NCBI GenBank assembly: GCA_044070495.1
Contig: JBIPSI010000021.1
Span: 1 to 64,000 of the forward strand
DNA: 64,000 nucleotides
DNA from: Spirulina sp.
GTDB lineage: Bacteria > Cyanobacteriota > Cyanobacteriia > Phormidesmidales > Phormidesmidaceae
Direction of reading: 5' to 3'
The notes under the pieces are model-generated. The model worked only from the letters and a program-made list of their open reading frames with translations. It did not search any database and had not been told where the DNA came from. The position numbers and the translations under genes are program-made. Below are positions 11,180 through 21,192 of the stretch, piece after piece. Within the stretch, counting starts at the first letter, position 1. Each line of letters starts with the position of its first letter.

Positions 11180-11542
11180 TTACTGATACTTGCTGGTTTC
11201 GGCGCGGATGGTTTCCACGGAAATCTCCTGCTGTTCCCCAGCAAAGGGGTTGTCGGGGGTGAGGAAGAGCATACAGTGACACTCCTTGCGCTCCTGCATG
11301 GGCACACAGGGGCAGTTCCAGTAGATCGACTTCACCTCGGCCTCTTTGTCCTCGTAGTGGCGGCAGGGGCACAGGGGAGAACCCAGGTCATCCTTGTGCT
11401 TAGCCAAGCCCTCCAGCACCACCGCCGTCACGCCCGGATCGGCACAGAAGTAAGTCCCCGTGCGCTTGGCGTAGCTTTGGGCAAAGCTTCGCATCATTTC
11501 GAGATTCTTGTCGGAGGCTTGGGTGGGAGGAGTGATAGTCAT
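11180..11542 (-). CDS. ftrC: Ferredoxin-thioredoxin reductase catalytic subunit
   Basis: CPC..CPC..CHC motifs ([26 protein letters not shown]). Confidence 0.96.
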   Translation of the reverse strand: MTITPPTQASDKNLEMMRSFAQSYAKRTGTYFCADPGVTAVVLEGLAKHKDDLGSPLCPCRHYEDKEAEVKSIYWNCPCVPMQERKECHCMLFLTPDNPFAGEQQEISVETIRAETSKYQ

Positions 11543-11592
11543 CGCAGGACAAAGATATGGCTACACAGCCCAATCATTCTATACAATTAAAG

Positions 11593-11646
11593 CAACATTT
11601 AGGTTGCCTAACTCAATTCTAGGGTAGTTTAGCAACATAAATGTTG
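11593..11646. promoter_or_regulatory. Two SufR operators CAAC-N6-GTTG (11593-11606 and 11633-11646)
   Basis: CAACatttagGTTG and CAACataaatGTTG, 26 bp apart, in the divergent ftrC/sufR intergenic region; matches the known cyanobacterial SufR site. Confidence 0.85.
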
Positions 11647-11680
11647 TCAAAGTATCTAGTCCTCCACGCTGGCCAATGCC

Positions 11681-12364
11681 ATGACGTTCGTGCAGCAACC
11701 CTCCTCCACCAAGGATGATATTCTGGTCTACCTGTTGAAGCAGGGCGAAGCCACCGCCCAAGCCTTGGCGGAACATTTCGAGGTCAGCGCCCAGGCCATT
11801 CGCCGCCACCTCAAGGATTTGGAGGCGGAGGGGGTCATCGACCACCGAGCCGTCCACGAAGGCATGGGCCGACCGAATCACCTCTATCGCCTCAGTAGCA
11901 AAGGCCGCGACCGCTTCCCCGCCCAGTACGACGAGTTCGCCATTTCCCTGCTGGATACCCTGGCGGAAACCGTAGGTCGCGATCAGGTGGGCACCATCCT
12001 TCGCAAACAGTGGGAACGCAAGGCCCTAGAATACCGAGACCAGGTGGGCACAGGCACCGTGGCAGAACGGGTGGCGAAATTAGTAAATCTGCGGCAGGCC
12101 GAGGGCTACATGGCCGAATGGCACGAGGTCGATCCCACGGACATGCAGCCCCACATTGCCGTGGATCATCCCGGCCCCTGCTACATCATCACCGAATACA
12201 ACTGTGCTATTTCCCACATTGCCGAGTCTTTCCCTAGCGTCTGCGGCCACGAACTAGAGATGTTTCAACTGGCCCTATCAGACTGTGCCGTGCAGCGCAC
12301 CCACTGGCTGGTACAGGGGGAGCATCGCTGTGGATATCTGATTTCCCGACAGAAAGCCTCGTAA
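11681..12364 (+). CDS. sufR: Fe-S cluster biogenesis transcriptional regulator SufR
   Basis: HTH SAQAIRRHLKDLE, GMGRP, EYNCAI..VCGHELEMF..HRCGY; divergent from suf operon. Confidence 0.95.
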   Translation: MTFVQQPSSTKDDILVYLLKQGEATAQALAEHFEVSAQAIRRHLKDLEAEGVIDHRAVHEGMGRPNHLYRLSSKGRDRFPAQYDEFAISLLDTLAETVGRDQVGTILRKQWERKALEYRDQVGTGTVAERVAKLVNLRQAEGYMAEWHEVDPTDMQPHIAVDHPGPCYIITEYNCAISHIAESFPSVCGHELEMFQLALSDCAVQRTHWLVQGEHRCGYLISRQKAS

Positions 12365-12635
12365 AACCTATGCCCTCCCAATCGGGGCTTCCCAGGTCTC
12401 AGTACGGAGAAAACCGTCATAGCTTCTCATTGCATGGGGCGTGGCCGTAGTTGAAGTGTCATCCAATTCGCCGCAGAATTCGCCGCAGACTGTTCTCTCA
12501 TATCCCGGAACAGTCCCTTCGCGCTATCCCCATAGGCCTTGAGATCCATGGGTGGTGCCTCAACGGGGCTAGTTACCGCCAAGGATCAGGCGGCATGGAT
12601 CGGGACGGGATCCCTGAGACCTAACCTCCTGAGAC

Positions 12636-13715
12636 CTAAAGTTGGCTAGCCATGGTGTGTTGTAGGACTTGGGTCGTGCGATGGCCAAACTGTTGTTGGG
12701 AAAAGTGGCGGATGCGTTGGAAGCCTGCTTGGCGAAGTTGATCGCGCAGATTTGAATCCTGGCTGAGGCGGATCATGCCCTGGGCAATGGCGTCGGGGCA
12801 ATGGGGATCAACGAGGAGGGCGGCATCGCCAGCGACTTCGGCCATAGCCGAGAGATTGCTGGTAAGGACAGGGGTACCACAGGCCATAGCTTCTAGGATG
12901 GGTAGACCAAAGCCTTCCCACAAACTGGGAAACACGAGGGCGATGGCTTGGTTTATCACCGCTACGAGGTCTTCCGCAGGCAAAAAATTCAGGATTTTGA
13001 CTCGGTGGGCAATCCCAAGTTCCTGGGCTTGGGCCTGGAGGGCAGGGGTATAACGGGGGTGGTAGGGGCCAACCATCCACAGGTCGTAGTCGGGCGAGAT
13101 TTGGGCAAAGGCGGCGATGACCCGCTGCCAGTTTTTGTAGGGGGCGTTGCGGCCTAGGCAAAGGAAGTAATTTTGGGTAGGGAGGTTGAGGGGGCGAAAT
13201 CGGCTTTCGTCATAGGTGAGGGGGATGGGGGTGATGCGGTGGGCAGGGCAGCCTAGGCGGGTAATGAGATCATCGGCGGTGGTCTGGGAGTTGCAAAGAA
13301 TGTGTTGGGCTTGGGTCAGGATGTGGGGAAGGTAGTGCTGGCAGTAGAGTCTCAGCGGTGCCCAGGGCCGAAAGAAGCGCAGGGGAATGAGATCGTGGAC
13401 GGTGACAACGTAGGGGATGCCGCTACCCAGGGGCGCTTCGGGAATGGGGCAGAACAGTAGCGTGGCCTTGGTCTGACGATGGAGGCGGGGCAGTTGGGTT
13501 TGGGTCCACCACAGACGCTTGAGGTGCCCCTTCATCCCCTGGGCGGCGGTCATATCGCCAGGAACAGAGATCCATTGGCCGCCATCGTCGGGAATCGCCT
13601 GACCGCTGAGGTAGATCGGGTCTAGGGCAGAGAGGTAGGGGCGCAGGTGCAGGGCGTAGGTGGTGGTGCCGGTGGGCTGGGCGAGGCCGTAGGCTAGGTT
13701 AACCAGGAGGGTCAT
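12636..13715 (-). CDS. Glycosyltransferase family 4
   Basis: VTVHDLIP, FPSLWEGFGLPILEAMACGTPV. Confidence 0.92.
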   Translation of the reverse strand: MTLLVNLAYGLAQPTGTTTYALHLRPYLSALDPIYLSGQAIPDDGGQWISVPGDMTAAQGMKGHLKRLWWTQTQLPRLHRQTKATLLFCPIPEAPLGSGIPYVVTVHDLIPLRFFRPWAPLRLYCQHYLPHILTQAQHILCNSQTTADDLITRLGCPAHRITPIPLTYDESRFRPLNLPTQNYFLCLGRNAPYKNWQRVIAAFAQISPDYDLWMVGPYHPRYTPALQAQAQELGIAHRVKILNFLPAEDLVAVINQAIALVFPSLWEGFGLPILEAMACGTPVLTSNLSAMAEVAGDAALLVDPHCPDAIAQGMIRLSQDSNLRDQLRQAGFQRIRHFSQQQFGHRTTQVLQHTMASQL

Positions 13716-13754
13716 GGGGGCAGAGGGCGGGATAGGGGATCGTGACCGGAGTCC

Positions 13755-16700
13755 CTAGAAGCGAAACTCCACGATGGCTCCGGTATTTTCGTTGAATTGT
13801 TCGTAGCTGGTGACAGCTCGCACGGTGATCTGGTCGGTGATGCGGTAGCGTACCCCGAAGAGAGCGGGGGTGACGTTGGTGAAGACCTTTTGGACGGATA
13901 AACCTAGGCTAGGCGATAGGTTAAAGCTGACCTCACCGCCCACATCCACCTGATCTGAACCGGGGGGGGAAGCGGAGTAGAGACGTAGTTCCGTGTTATC
14001 CAAGCCTGTTCCAATCAGGTTTTGGATTCGGTTGAGGATGGCTGATCCGGCAAAGGCCAGCAGTCCTTGGAAGTTGTCGCCGCCGCCAGACACGCTGCCC
14101 AGGGTGGATTCGAGGGCGGTCAGAAATTCGCTGCTAATTAGGGTGATAATTTCCCCCTCGCTGCGGGGGGGGGTGCTAGAGAGTTCGACGCCCTGGAGCT
14201 GAATCACTCGACTGGCTCGACCGTTGACATTGGCACGAATGCGAATGGTTTGAACACCGTTTTGGGTCAGACCCAGTTGGCTAATGGGGTCATCGTTGAC
14301 CTCGATGCGGGGAAAGGGGGTGGCGGCGGCGAGGCTGGTGCTGTTGCCCAGGGTGTCGGACACCGCCGCTGAAAGGTTGGCCACCAGGTAGGGGTCGATG
14401 CGCTCGTCGTTAGCGCTAAATTCGGCGTAGTTTTCGTCGCCGGTAAGGCGAAATTCGGTGGTGAGCAGGTTGATCCGACCTGATGGCAGCATAATGCGGC
14501 CATCAGGTTTAATATCGGGGACGGTGCCGACTAGCTTCAGGTCGCCCTGGGCACTCACATCCACCACACCTGGAATGGCTAGGCGTACATTCTCCCCCAA
14601 GGTGATGGAGAAGTCCTCTAGCACCGGCGGCAGGGGTTGATAGACACTGGGGTTGGAATTGCTAACGCTGCCCCCACCTCCACCCACTAGCGTTGTCCCA
14701 TCCTGGGAGTCGGGCAGGGTCGCGATGCCGTTGGAGAGGCGTAGATTTCCAGAAATTAAAGGCTCTAGCAGGTAAAGACTACCGCCCACAACCACCTCAC
14801 CATCGAGCTTGCCCGTGTAGGTACCGGCGGGGTTACGCAAATCGAGGGCAATGTTGGTAAGGTTAAGCCGAAAGCGATCATCCTGGGGATCGTCACCCTC
14901 CGGTGCGGTAGCAAAGGGGGTGCCTACTACCCCTGGAAAAAGATCATGAATGGAGGGGAGCACCTTGAGTTTGCCCTGGGCGGCAATCTGTCCAGCACTG
15001 AAGTCGCCCAATAGATCTTGAAAATCGAGGACAAGGCCATTGAAGTAAACGGAATTCTCAGGGGCCTGACCTTCTACCACCGCTACGCTGCCCCGCAGGT
15101 TGGTGAGAGGCTCCGGTAAACTGCGAGAACTCAGGGTCACGCCGTCAAAGTTGGCAGCCCCGGTCACCACAAGAGAGGTCAGGGATTCCTCGAAGGGTTT
15201 GTCCACAGGCCAAGCCCCATCCACATTGAGGGCCAGGTCGGCCTGTCCGCCTTCCCAGGTAACGGCCTGGGTAAAGAGGTTCACCAGAGCAAACCCCTGA
15301 TCCTTCAGTCGTAGCCGCACCGTCACGTCGTCTCGGTCAGGGACTTGGGTGGTGCCCGCCAGGGGCAAGGGGACGCTAGCTAACAGCGTGAGCGGATCCA
15401 CCTCATTCTGAATGGCGATGTTGCTGCGCAAGTTGAGACGGGCTTCTTGGTAAAGAAAATCCGCCGAGGCCACATCGATGGGTTGCCGGTTGATCGTGGC
15501 GTCGTTGACGGCTAAACGTCCGCGCACTTGGGGGTCAGCCAGGCTCCCGGTGAGGGCCGCCCCCGCATTAATCAGGCCATCAAAGGTATCGGGAATCCGC
15601 AGGGGGCGACGCACCGCCTCTAGGGGGAGATCGGTAATGTTAAGCCGCAGGGTGCGATCTACCTCGTCGTCGGATCCCAGGTTGAGGTCGCCGTTGAGTT
15701 CGGCGGTGGCCACCGTCGGGTTTTCGGGGTCGTTACTGGGGAAGGTACTCAGCAAACGAATGGGCCGCAGGCGCAGGAGATCATCTTCGTAGGTGGCTTG
15801 GGCCAGAATGCTGTCGAGGCGATAGCCAATGCCCGTGGGATGGCTGGGATCTCGCCAGAGCCAGTTGCTGCCCGTCAAGTCTACATCTACCCGCACCTGC
15901 CGAGGCAGCGTTCCCTGGGCCGTCACCGTGCCAGAAAAGCGCCCTTCTAGGCCCTCTAAGGGGGGCAGCACCGTCGCTTCAGCCTCGGCGGTGAGAATGT
16001 CCTGAAGTTCACGTACCTCCGCAAAGCGTCGCAGTTGATCGAGGAAGGAAGCGTTGCGATCCCCGACCTGGGTGGTTTCTAGGCTAGCGAGATCGGCGGC
16101 GCTAGTGGGGCGGAACCAGTCGGGGGGGGTTAGCAGATTGAGGCGAAAATCCGACAGTTCAAAGATTTTAAAGGTTACCAAAAGGTCTTGAATTTCCGCA
16201 TTCTCGATGTCTAGGTTGCCGTTGACCCGCTGGGACCCATCTAGGGCATAGGTGCCACTGAGCCGGTAGCGACTGTCCTTTGATGCGGTAATCAGTTCAC
16301 CCCCGACCAGGCTCACCAGTTGGTTGGCGTAGCGCAGGGTGCCCCGTAGTCGCCCATAGTTCACGGCTAACTCGGCGGGGAAGTCCTCTTCACCGAGTTC
16401 TTCGATGTCGCTGCCATCTTCGAGGTTCGCGGCGGTCTGGGCAGGCCCCAGGGTAATGTAGCCCAAGCCGGGATCCACAATGTCAAAGTAGGCCTGGAGA
16501 TTGGGTTCGCGCCAGTTGCCGCTAATCACGGCTGATTCGACGGTGCCGCTGACCGTGCCAATCCCCTCAAGGCCGCCCTGGGGTAGCCGTAGATCGTCTA
16601 GGGAGAGGTTAGCCACGGTGGCAAACACCTCATCGCCCTGGAGGTGTCCATCGGCTAGGGTGGAACCGCTGCGTAGGGTAAATCTGAGGTCGTAGGGATC

Positions 16701-19259
16701 CTGCTGATTGGTGACTAGCAGCCGATCTCCCGCCTCCCGCTGGCTGGCCTCGCGCAGATCCACGGTAAAGCCCTGACGCTGATCGTAGAAGATAGGACCC
16801 GTCAAAGGCGTGGCAAAGGCCACTTCGCCGAGGCCAAAATTATCGAGCTGGGCATCCCCTGTGAGACGGAAGGTACCGGGGCGGCCCGTGAGTTGACCAT
16901 CAAACGTGCCGACGCCTCGCACCGGAACCAGTTGCCCTGGAATAGGCAGGGCCGCTAGGTTCACCCCCCTGGCGGTTAGGTCGAGATCTAGATTGTCCAA
17001 CCCCGGCGATCCTGGCCCTTGCAGTAGCGGTGTCACCACTCCCCTGGCCTGTAGCCCCGCCGTGCTAGCCTGATTCACCCGTACCGACTGCCCATCCCAG
17101 GTTAAATCCGCCCTCAGGGGTTCCCGCACCGTTGCCAGTTGAGGGGCCAGGGCGGCGGCGGTGGCTAGCCCGTCCGATAGTTCTAGCTGCCCCTGGCCCC
17201 GAATCGCCGCCAGGGTGAGGGCGTTGGTGGGGCCAGAAAACTCAAATTGGCCGTCGCCCGTTCCCTGCAAAGGCGGTGAAAAGGCCGCTAGGGACACCTG
17301 ACGCCCCACCACATCGGCCCGCCAGCGCCCCTGTCCCAGGTTGGCTCGACCATTCACCACGCCCCCCGCTGCCAGGACGGCCTGGGCAATGCCTTGTCCC
17401 TCCATCTCGACCAGAAGATTGCCCCCCAGAGGCCCCCGCAGTTCCCCTCGGCCATTGAGTTCCCCCGCTACCCCAGCCCCCAGGGCCACCAACGATAACC
17501 CCGTCGCTCGCAGATCCGCCTGCCAGCGACGGCTATCTAAGGCCACGGTGCCCTCCCCAGCTACAGTCCCCTCCGCCACCTGGACAAAGGTATCGGTGAA
17601 GGTGAGGGTTTGGTTGGCCCAGGTCATCTGCCCTTGAGTCGGGTAGGTGCCTGAGGATGCTTGCCAGCGGGCTTGGCCAACCAGTTGATCCAGTGGCCCC
17701 GCCAGGTTCGCCACAAGGGAGACGGGGCCAATTTCAACGGTTTCTGGTAGACCGTAGGGTCGCCCTAGGGCATCGGCGGGGAGGCGATCTCCCGTCATAG
17801 TTAGGGCTAACCGACCGGGGGAGCCCAAGGCCCATAATCCGCTCCCGGCAAGACTTCCCCCTGCCTGGGGAACCACCCGAAAGCCATCAATGATCAGGTT
17901 GGATTCCTGGAAGGTGGTCTTGGCCTGCACCTCGGCTAGGGCCACCTGATCGATCACGACCTGATCCTGGGAGACGAGTTCGGTGGTGAAAACGGGTTGG
18001 GTCAGGGGGCCAGTGAGGCCAATATCGGCCACAAACGTCCCCGCCGCCGCCACGGGCAGTTCTGCCTCCCATAGCTCCGTCACCTGGGCGATGGTGAAGG
18101 GATTGATCCGCCCCGTCAGGTCATAGCCTTGATCTAAATCCAGCCGTCCCCCAGCGCTGGCCGTGATGTCCTCCAGCCGCGCCGTCACATTTTCAAAGGC
18201 AATGGCGCGTCCCTGAAGGCGGACATCCCCCTGAAGATCCTGGATGGGTTTGGGCAAACCAGGGGTTTCCAGCGTCGCCTTCTCCACCCGCGCCGTGCCT
18301 GTAAAGGTTGGGGGCTTGTCCCCTAGCACTACATCCACCGTGCCGCTCACGGTGCCAGTCGAGAACTGAACAGGGAGCGGCTCCTCCAGAAACGATTCGG
18401 AGATCAGCAGGATATCTGCCAGGGTGACGGCCTGGGTACGCAAGTTGGCCTTAGCCCGTAGCGGATCACCCTCTGCCCTAGGCAGTTTCACCTCCCCCAT
18501 CGATTGAATTTCGCCGCCTGTCCCTGAGGTGCCGCCAATTTCAAAATCAAGTTGCTGGATCCGGGAACGCTGACCTGGGGGAATGGGGTCTGCGCCCTGG
18601 CTCAACTGCACTCGGCCCTGGACATCGGTTAGCTCTACCCGAGGACGAATCCCTGGTTCGGTGCCTGAGATCCCATTCGGATTATTGACAAGACGCGCCT
18701 GGAAAGGGTTTGCTCCCGCCGTAACATCCTGCCGACGGTCGTAGGGAACCAGGACGACACGGCCATCTCGCAGGTGAATGGATCCGGGCTGCACGGTAAT
18801 CCAGGGATCGCGATCCGTCTCGTCTCGTTCTGGCAACTCTAAATCTAGATTGACCCACTGGCCATCGGCGGCCTGTTCTAAGTAGAGATCCAGCCCCTCT
18901 AGCACCACATCGAGATTGAGTTCCCGCTGCCAGAGATCGCGCAGGTTGACCTGCACCTCCACAGCCTGAAGCGAAAGGGTATCCGGATCGGTGATCGTCG
19001 CCGGAATTTGGGATGGCCCCACCCGTACCCCGGAGAGGGTGAGTCGATCAAGATCCCCCAGTTCCACAGGGCGGTTGAGGGCGGTGGTCAGTTCGGCTTC
19101 TAGCCAGGGGGTAAGGTTGCCTTGCAGCCAAGTCCACCCCCGCCAAGCCGCTCCAGCACCTACCAACAGTAATGTTGATCCGGCTACAACGCTGAAACCC
19201 AGCCATCGGGGCACTGCCCTAGACCGCTGCTCGGATCCTGGCTCCTGTGAATCAGCCAT
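13755..19259 (-). CDS. tamB: Translocation/assembly module TamB-like protein (DUF490 C-terminus)
   Basis: About 1830 aa, N-terminal TM anchor, long beta-rich body, C-terminal LSSTPPRSEGEII..VRYRITD..EFRF; start probably ATG 19259. Confidence 0.8.
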   Translation of the reverse strand: MADSQEPGSEQRSRAVPRWLGFSVVAGSTLLLVGAGAAWRGWTWLQGNLTPWLEAELTTALNRPVELGDLDRLTLSGVRVGPSQIPATITDPDTLSLQAVEVQVNLRDLWQRELNLDVVLEGLDLYLEQAADGQWVNLDLELPERDETDRDPWITVQPGSIHLRDGRVVLVPYDRRQDVTAGANPFQARLVNNPNGISGTEPGIRPRVELTDVQGRVQLSQGADPIPPGQRSRIQQLDFEIGGTSGTGGEIQSMGEVKLPRAEGDPLRAKANLRTQAVTLADILLISESFLEEPLPVQFSTGTVSGTVDVVLGDKPPTFTGTARVEKATLETPGLPKPIQDLQGDVRLQGRAIAFENVTARLEDITASAGGRLDLDQGYDLTGRINPFTIAQVTELWEAELPVAAAGTFVADIGLTGPLTQPVFTTELVSQDQVVIDQVALAEVQAKTTFQESNLIIDGFRVVPQAGGSLAGSGLWALGSPGRLALTMTGDRLPADALGRPYGLPETVEIGPVSLVANLAGPLDQLVGQARWQASSGTYPTQGQMTWANQTLTFTDTFVQVAEGTVAGEGTVALDSRRWQADLRATGLSLVALGAGVAGELNGRGELRGPLGGNLLVEMEGQGIAQAVLAAGGVVNGRANLGQGRWRADVVGRQVSLAAFSPPLQGTGDGQFEFSGPTNALTLAAIRGQGQLELSDGLATAAALAPQLATVREPLRADLTWDGQSVRVNQASTAGLQARGVVTPLLQGPGSPGLDNLDLDLTARGVNLAALPIPGQLVPVRGVGTFDGQLTGRPGTFRLTGDAQLDNFGLGEVAFATPLTGPIFYDQRQGFTVDLREASQREAGDRLLVTNQQDPYDLRFTLRSGSTLADGHLQGDEVFATVANLSLDDLRLPQGGLEGIGTVSGTVESAVISGNWREPNLQAYFDIVDPGLGYITLGPAQTAANLEDGSDIEELGEEDFPAELAVNYGRLRGTLRYANQLVSLVGGELITASKDSRYRLSGTYALDGSQRVNGNLDIENAEIQDLLVTFKIFELSDFRLNLLTPPDWFRPTSAADLASLETTQVGDRNASFLDQLRRFAEVRELQDILTAEAEATVLPPLEGLEGRFSGTVTAQGTLPRQVRVDVDLTGSNWLWRDPSHPTGIGYRLDSILAQATYEDDLLRLRPIRLLSTFPSNDPENPTVATAELNGDLNLGSDDEVDRTLRLNITDLPLEAVRRPLRIPDTFDGLINAGAALTGSLADPQVRGRLAVNDATINRQPIDVASADFLYQEARLNLRSNIAIQNEVDPLTLLASVPLPLAGTTQVPDRDDVTVRLRLKDQGFALVNLFTQAVTWEGGQADLALNVDGAWPVDKPFEESLTSLVVTGAANFDGVTLSSRSLPEPLTNLRGSVAVVEGQAPENSVYFNGLVLDFQDLLGDFSAGQIAAQGKLKVLPSIHDLFPGVVGTPFATAPEGDDPQDDRFRLNLTNIALDLRNPAGTYTGKLDGEVVVGGSLYLLEPLISGNLRLSNGIATLPDSQDGTTLVGGGGGSVSNSNPSVYQPLPPVLEDFSITLGENVRLAIPGVVDVSAQGDLKLVGTVPDIKPDGRIMLPSGRINLLTTEFRLTGDENYAEFSANDERIDPYLVANLSAAVSDTLGNSTSLAAATPFPRIEVNDDPISQLGLTQNGVQTIRIRANVNGRASRVIQLQGVELSSTPPRSEGEIITLISSEFLTALESTLGSVSGGGDNFQGLLAFAGSAILNRIQNLIGTGLDNTELRLYSASPPGSDQVDVGGEVSFNLSPSLGLSVQKVFTNVTPALFGVRYRITDQITVRAVTSYEQFNENTGAIVEFRF

Positions 19260-19463
19260 ACCCGCCTCTGCCACCCCACGAAACACACCACGAAACACCC
19301 AACAGTTTAATGAACTCCCGCCGTTCTGCCTATCCATTGTGGGCAACGTTGAGAATCACCCTCAAAGGCAGGGGCGATGTTCACGGCCTATGGGCCAGGT
19401 ATTTTGCATGTGCAGATGCCATGGAACGCTGAGAGGTTCCATAGCTATGATTAATAGCTCGAT

Positions 19464-20327
19464 TTATAGTTCCTCGTCAGCCAGTTCGCGCTCTAGCCCT
19501 AGGCTGAGCGGTTGGGCCAGTTCTTCGGTGGCGGCGGCTTCCAGGGCCAGGGGTTCGGCGGTGGTTTCCTCCTGCTTGGCCTCCAGGTTGATGGGTAGGC
19601 GCAGGGGTTGTTCTTCCTCCATTTCCACCTGGGGCAAGGAGTCGGCCAGATCGTCCAGGGGCCGAGGAATGACCATTACGGCATGGAGTTCGCCGATGCG
19701 TTCCGCTTCGTGCATCCCGGCTTCGATGGCAATGGCCACGTTGGGCAAGGAACCGCGAATCAAGATCGTACAGAGGCCATCGCCAATGGTTTCGTGGGAA
19801 ATCAGCTCCACATCGGCGGATTTAGTCATGGCATCGGCAGCGCCCACCATGGCCGGAAAGCCCCGTGTTTCCAATAACCCAATGGCCTGACTGCCCAGCC
19901 GACTTTTTCCTTCGCGCCGCAGTTGCTCCCAACGGGCACAGATGGGCAACACCGCCTCCAGGTTAGGCAAAGGCCGAGGAATCAGGCTGGAGGACGCCGT
20001 TTGGCCTGCCTCTTCCACCGCTTCGACCCCCGCCGACACCGCCATTCGCACATTGGCCACGCCGCCGCGCACAATGGCTGTGCAAAGCCCGCTTCCGGTT
20101 TTCTCGTAGCCCACTAGGTACACATCGGCAGCCTTCAGCATGGCATCCGCCGCCTTCACCACCACCGGAAACCCCGCCGCCGCCACCATCCCTAGGGCCG
20201 AGCCACGATATTTTTCAAACCGACTTTGGGCCTCCGACTGGCCCGCTGGAGGGGTGGCCAGATTCAGCTTGGCCTTGGTGGCCAATTTCAAATCTTGCTT
20301 GGAGGCTAGTTTACTGTCGGCTTGCAT
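19464..20327 (-). CDS. ccmO: Carboxysome shell protein CcmO (tandem BMC domains)
   Basis: Two BMC domains ([34 protein letters not shown]) following ccmN. Confidence 0.92.
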   Translation of the reverse strand: MQADSKLASKQDLKLATKAKLNLATPPAGQSEAQSRFEKYRGSALGMVAAAGFPVVVKAADAMLKAADVYLVGYEKTGSGLCTAIVRGGVANVRMAVSAGVEAVEEAGQTASSSLIPRPLPNLEAVLPICARWEQLRREGKSRLGSQAIGLLETRGFPAMVGAADAMTKSADVELISHETIGDGLCTILIRGSLPNVAIAIEAGMHEAERIGELHAVMVIPRPLDDLADSLPQVEMEEEQPLRLPINLEAKQEETTAEPLALEAAATEELAQPLSLGLERELADEEL

Positions 20328-20363
20328 AGAGCGCCTCTAGGGGATGAGATCCATAACTCCATT

Positions 20364-21161
20364 CTAAGGCCTGTCTTCGGAAGACACCCCCCCGGACGTG
20401 ACACCATTTAACGGTTGCCGATGGGGAAACAGCTTGGCCAATAGGTCCTGCACCTGTTTTTGGCCATGGGCTGGGGCAGGACGGGTACCGTTAACCGCAG
20501 CAGCGTCGCTCTCCATCGCGTCGGAAGTAGCCTCAGGGATCACAGATCCATCGGCCTGGGCGGGACTGGATACGGCCCCCTGATGGTCATCGGCGGTTGT
20601 GGATACGGCTTGGGGCGATGGTTCAGAAGGTTGTTCAGGGGATTGTGCTTGGCCCAGAAACCCTGTTTCAGAAGCCCCTGTTTCAGAGGTTTCTATATTG
20701 GCCAGAGGCGTATTCGATTGTACAACCCTCCCTTGGGTCAGGGTTTCTTGAACAAACGTCCCCTGTACCAAGGCAGACAGGTCAGAATTAGCACTGTTTG
20801 CAGAGGGCCGACTGGGATCCCCCAGAAGGGAGTTGGGCGGCACCACTTGGCCGGATGGAATGGCGGGGTTAATGAGAGTGCTTTCTGCGCCAATGCAGGC
20901 GTTTTGGCCAATGCGTCCTGTGCCAAAAATCAGCACACCACTGCCCAGCACCGCCCCCGGTTCAATCACCACATCCCCCCGGACGGCTTGGATAATCACG
21001 CCGCTGCCGACGCACACCCCAGGGGCCAGCACCAACCGACACCCCGGAGCCGCATTCAGCACTACGCTATCACCAAGGGCCACGCCCTCGGCTACCTCCA
21101 CCTGTCCCCCTAAAGCAGGAGCGTCAGTATTGGCAATCGCCGTTGGCAGTGGCCCTATCAT
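20364..21161 (-). CDS. ccmN: Carboxysome protein CcmN
   Basis: Hexapeptide-repeat N-domain, low-complexity linker, C-terminal encapsulation peptide HGQKQVQDLLAKLFPHRQ. Confidence 0.9.
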   Translation of the reverse strand: MIGPLPTAIANTDAPALGGQVEVAEGVALGDSVVLNAAPGCRLVLAPGVCVGSGVIIQAVRGDVVIEPGAVLGSGVLIFGTGRIGQNACIGAESTLINPAIPSGQVVPPNSLLGDPSRPSANSANSDLSALVQGTFVQETLTQGRVVQSNTPLANIETSETGASETGFLGQAQSPEQPSEPSPQAVSTTADDHQGAVSSPAQADGSVIPEATSDAMESDAAAVNGTRPAPAHGQKQVQDLLAKLFPHRQPLNGVTSGGVSSEDRP

Positions 21162-21192
21162 GGGTTATCCGTATCCTTAGAATCGCCCTAAC

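Noticed and set aside
11106..11372. N-terminal extension of the 567-aa sufB ORF
   Set aside because: Overlaps ftrC in another frame; SufB similarity starts at ATG 11105
12365..12635. Short duplications (AATTCGCCGCAG x2, CCTGAGACCTAA x2), an AGGTCTCAG/CTGAGACCT inverted pair and a ~40-codon minus ORF
   Set aside because: Too short to call a MITE, sRNA or gene without comparative data
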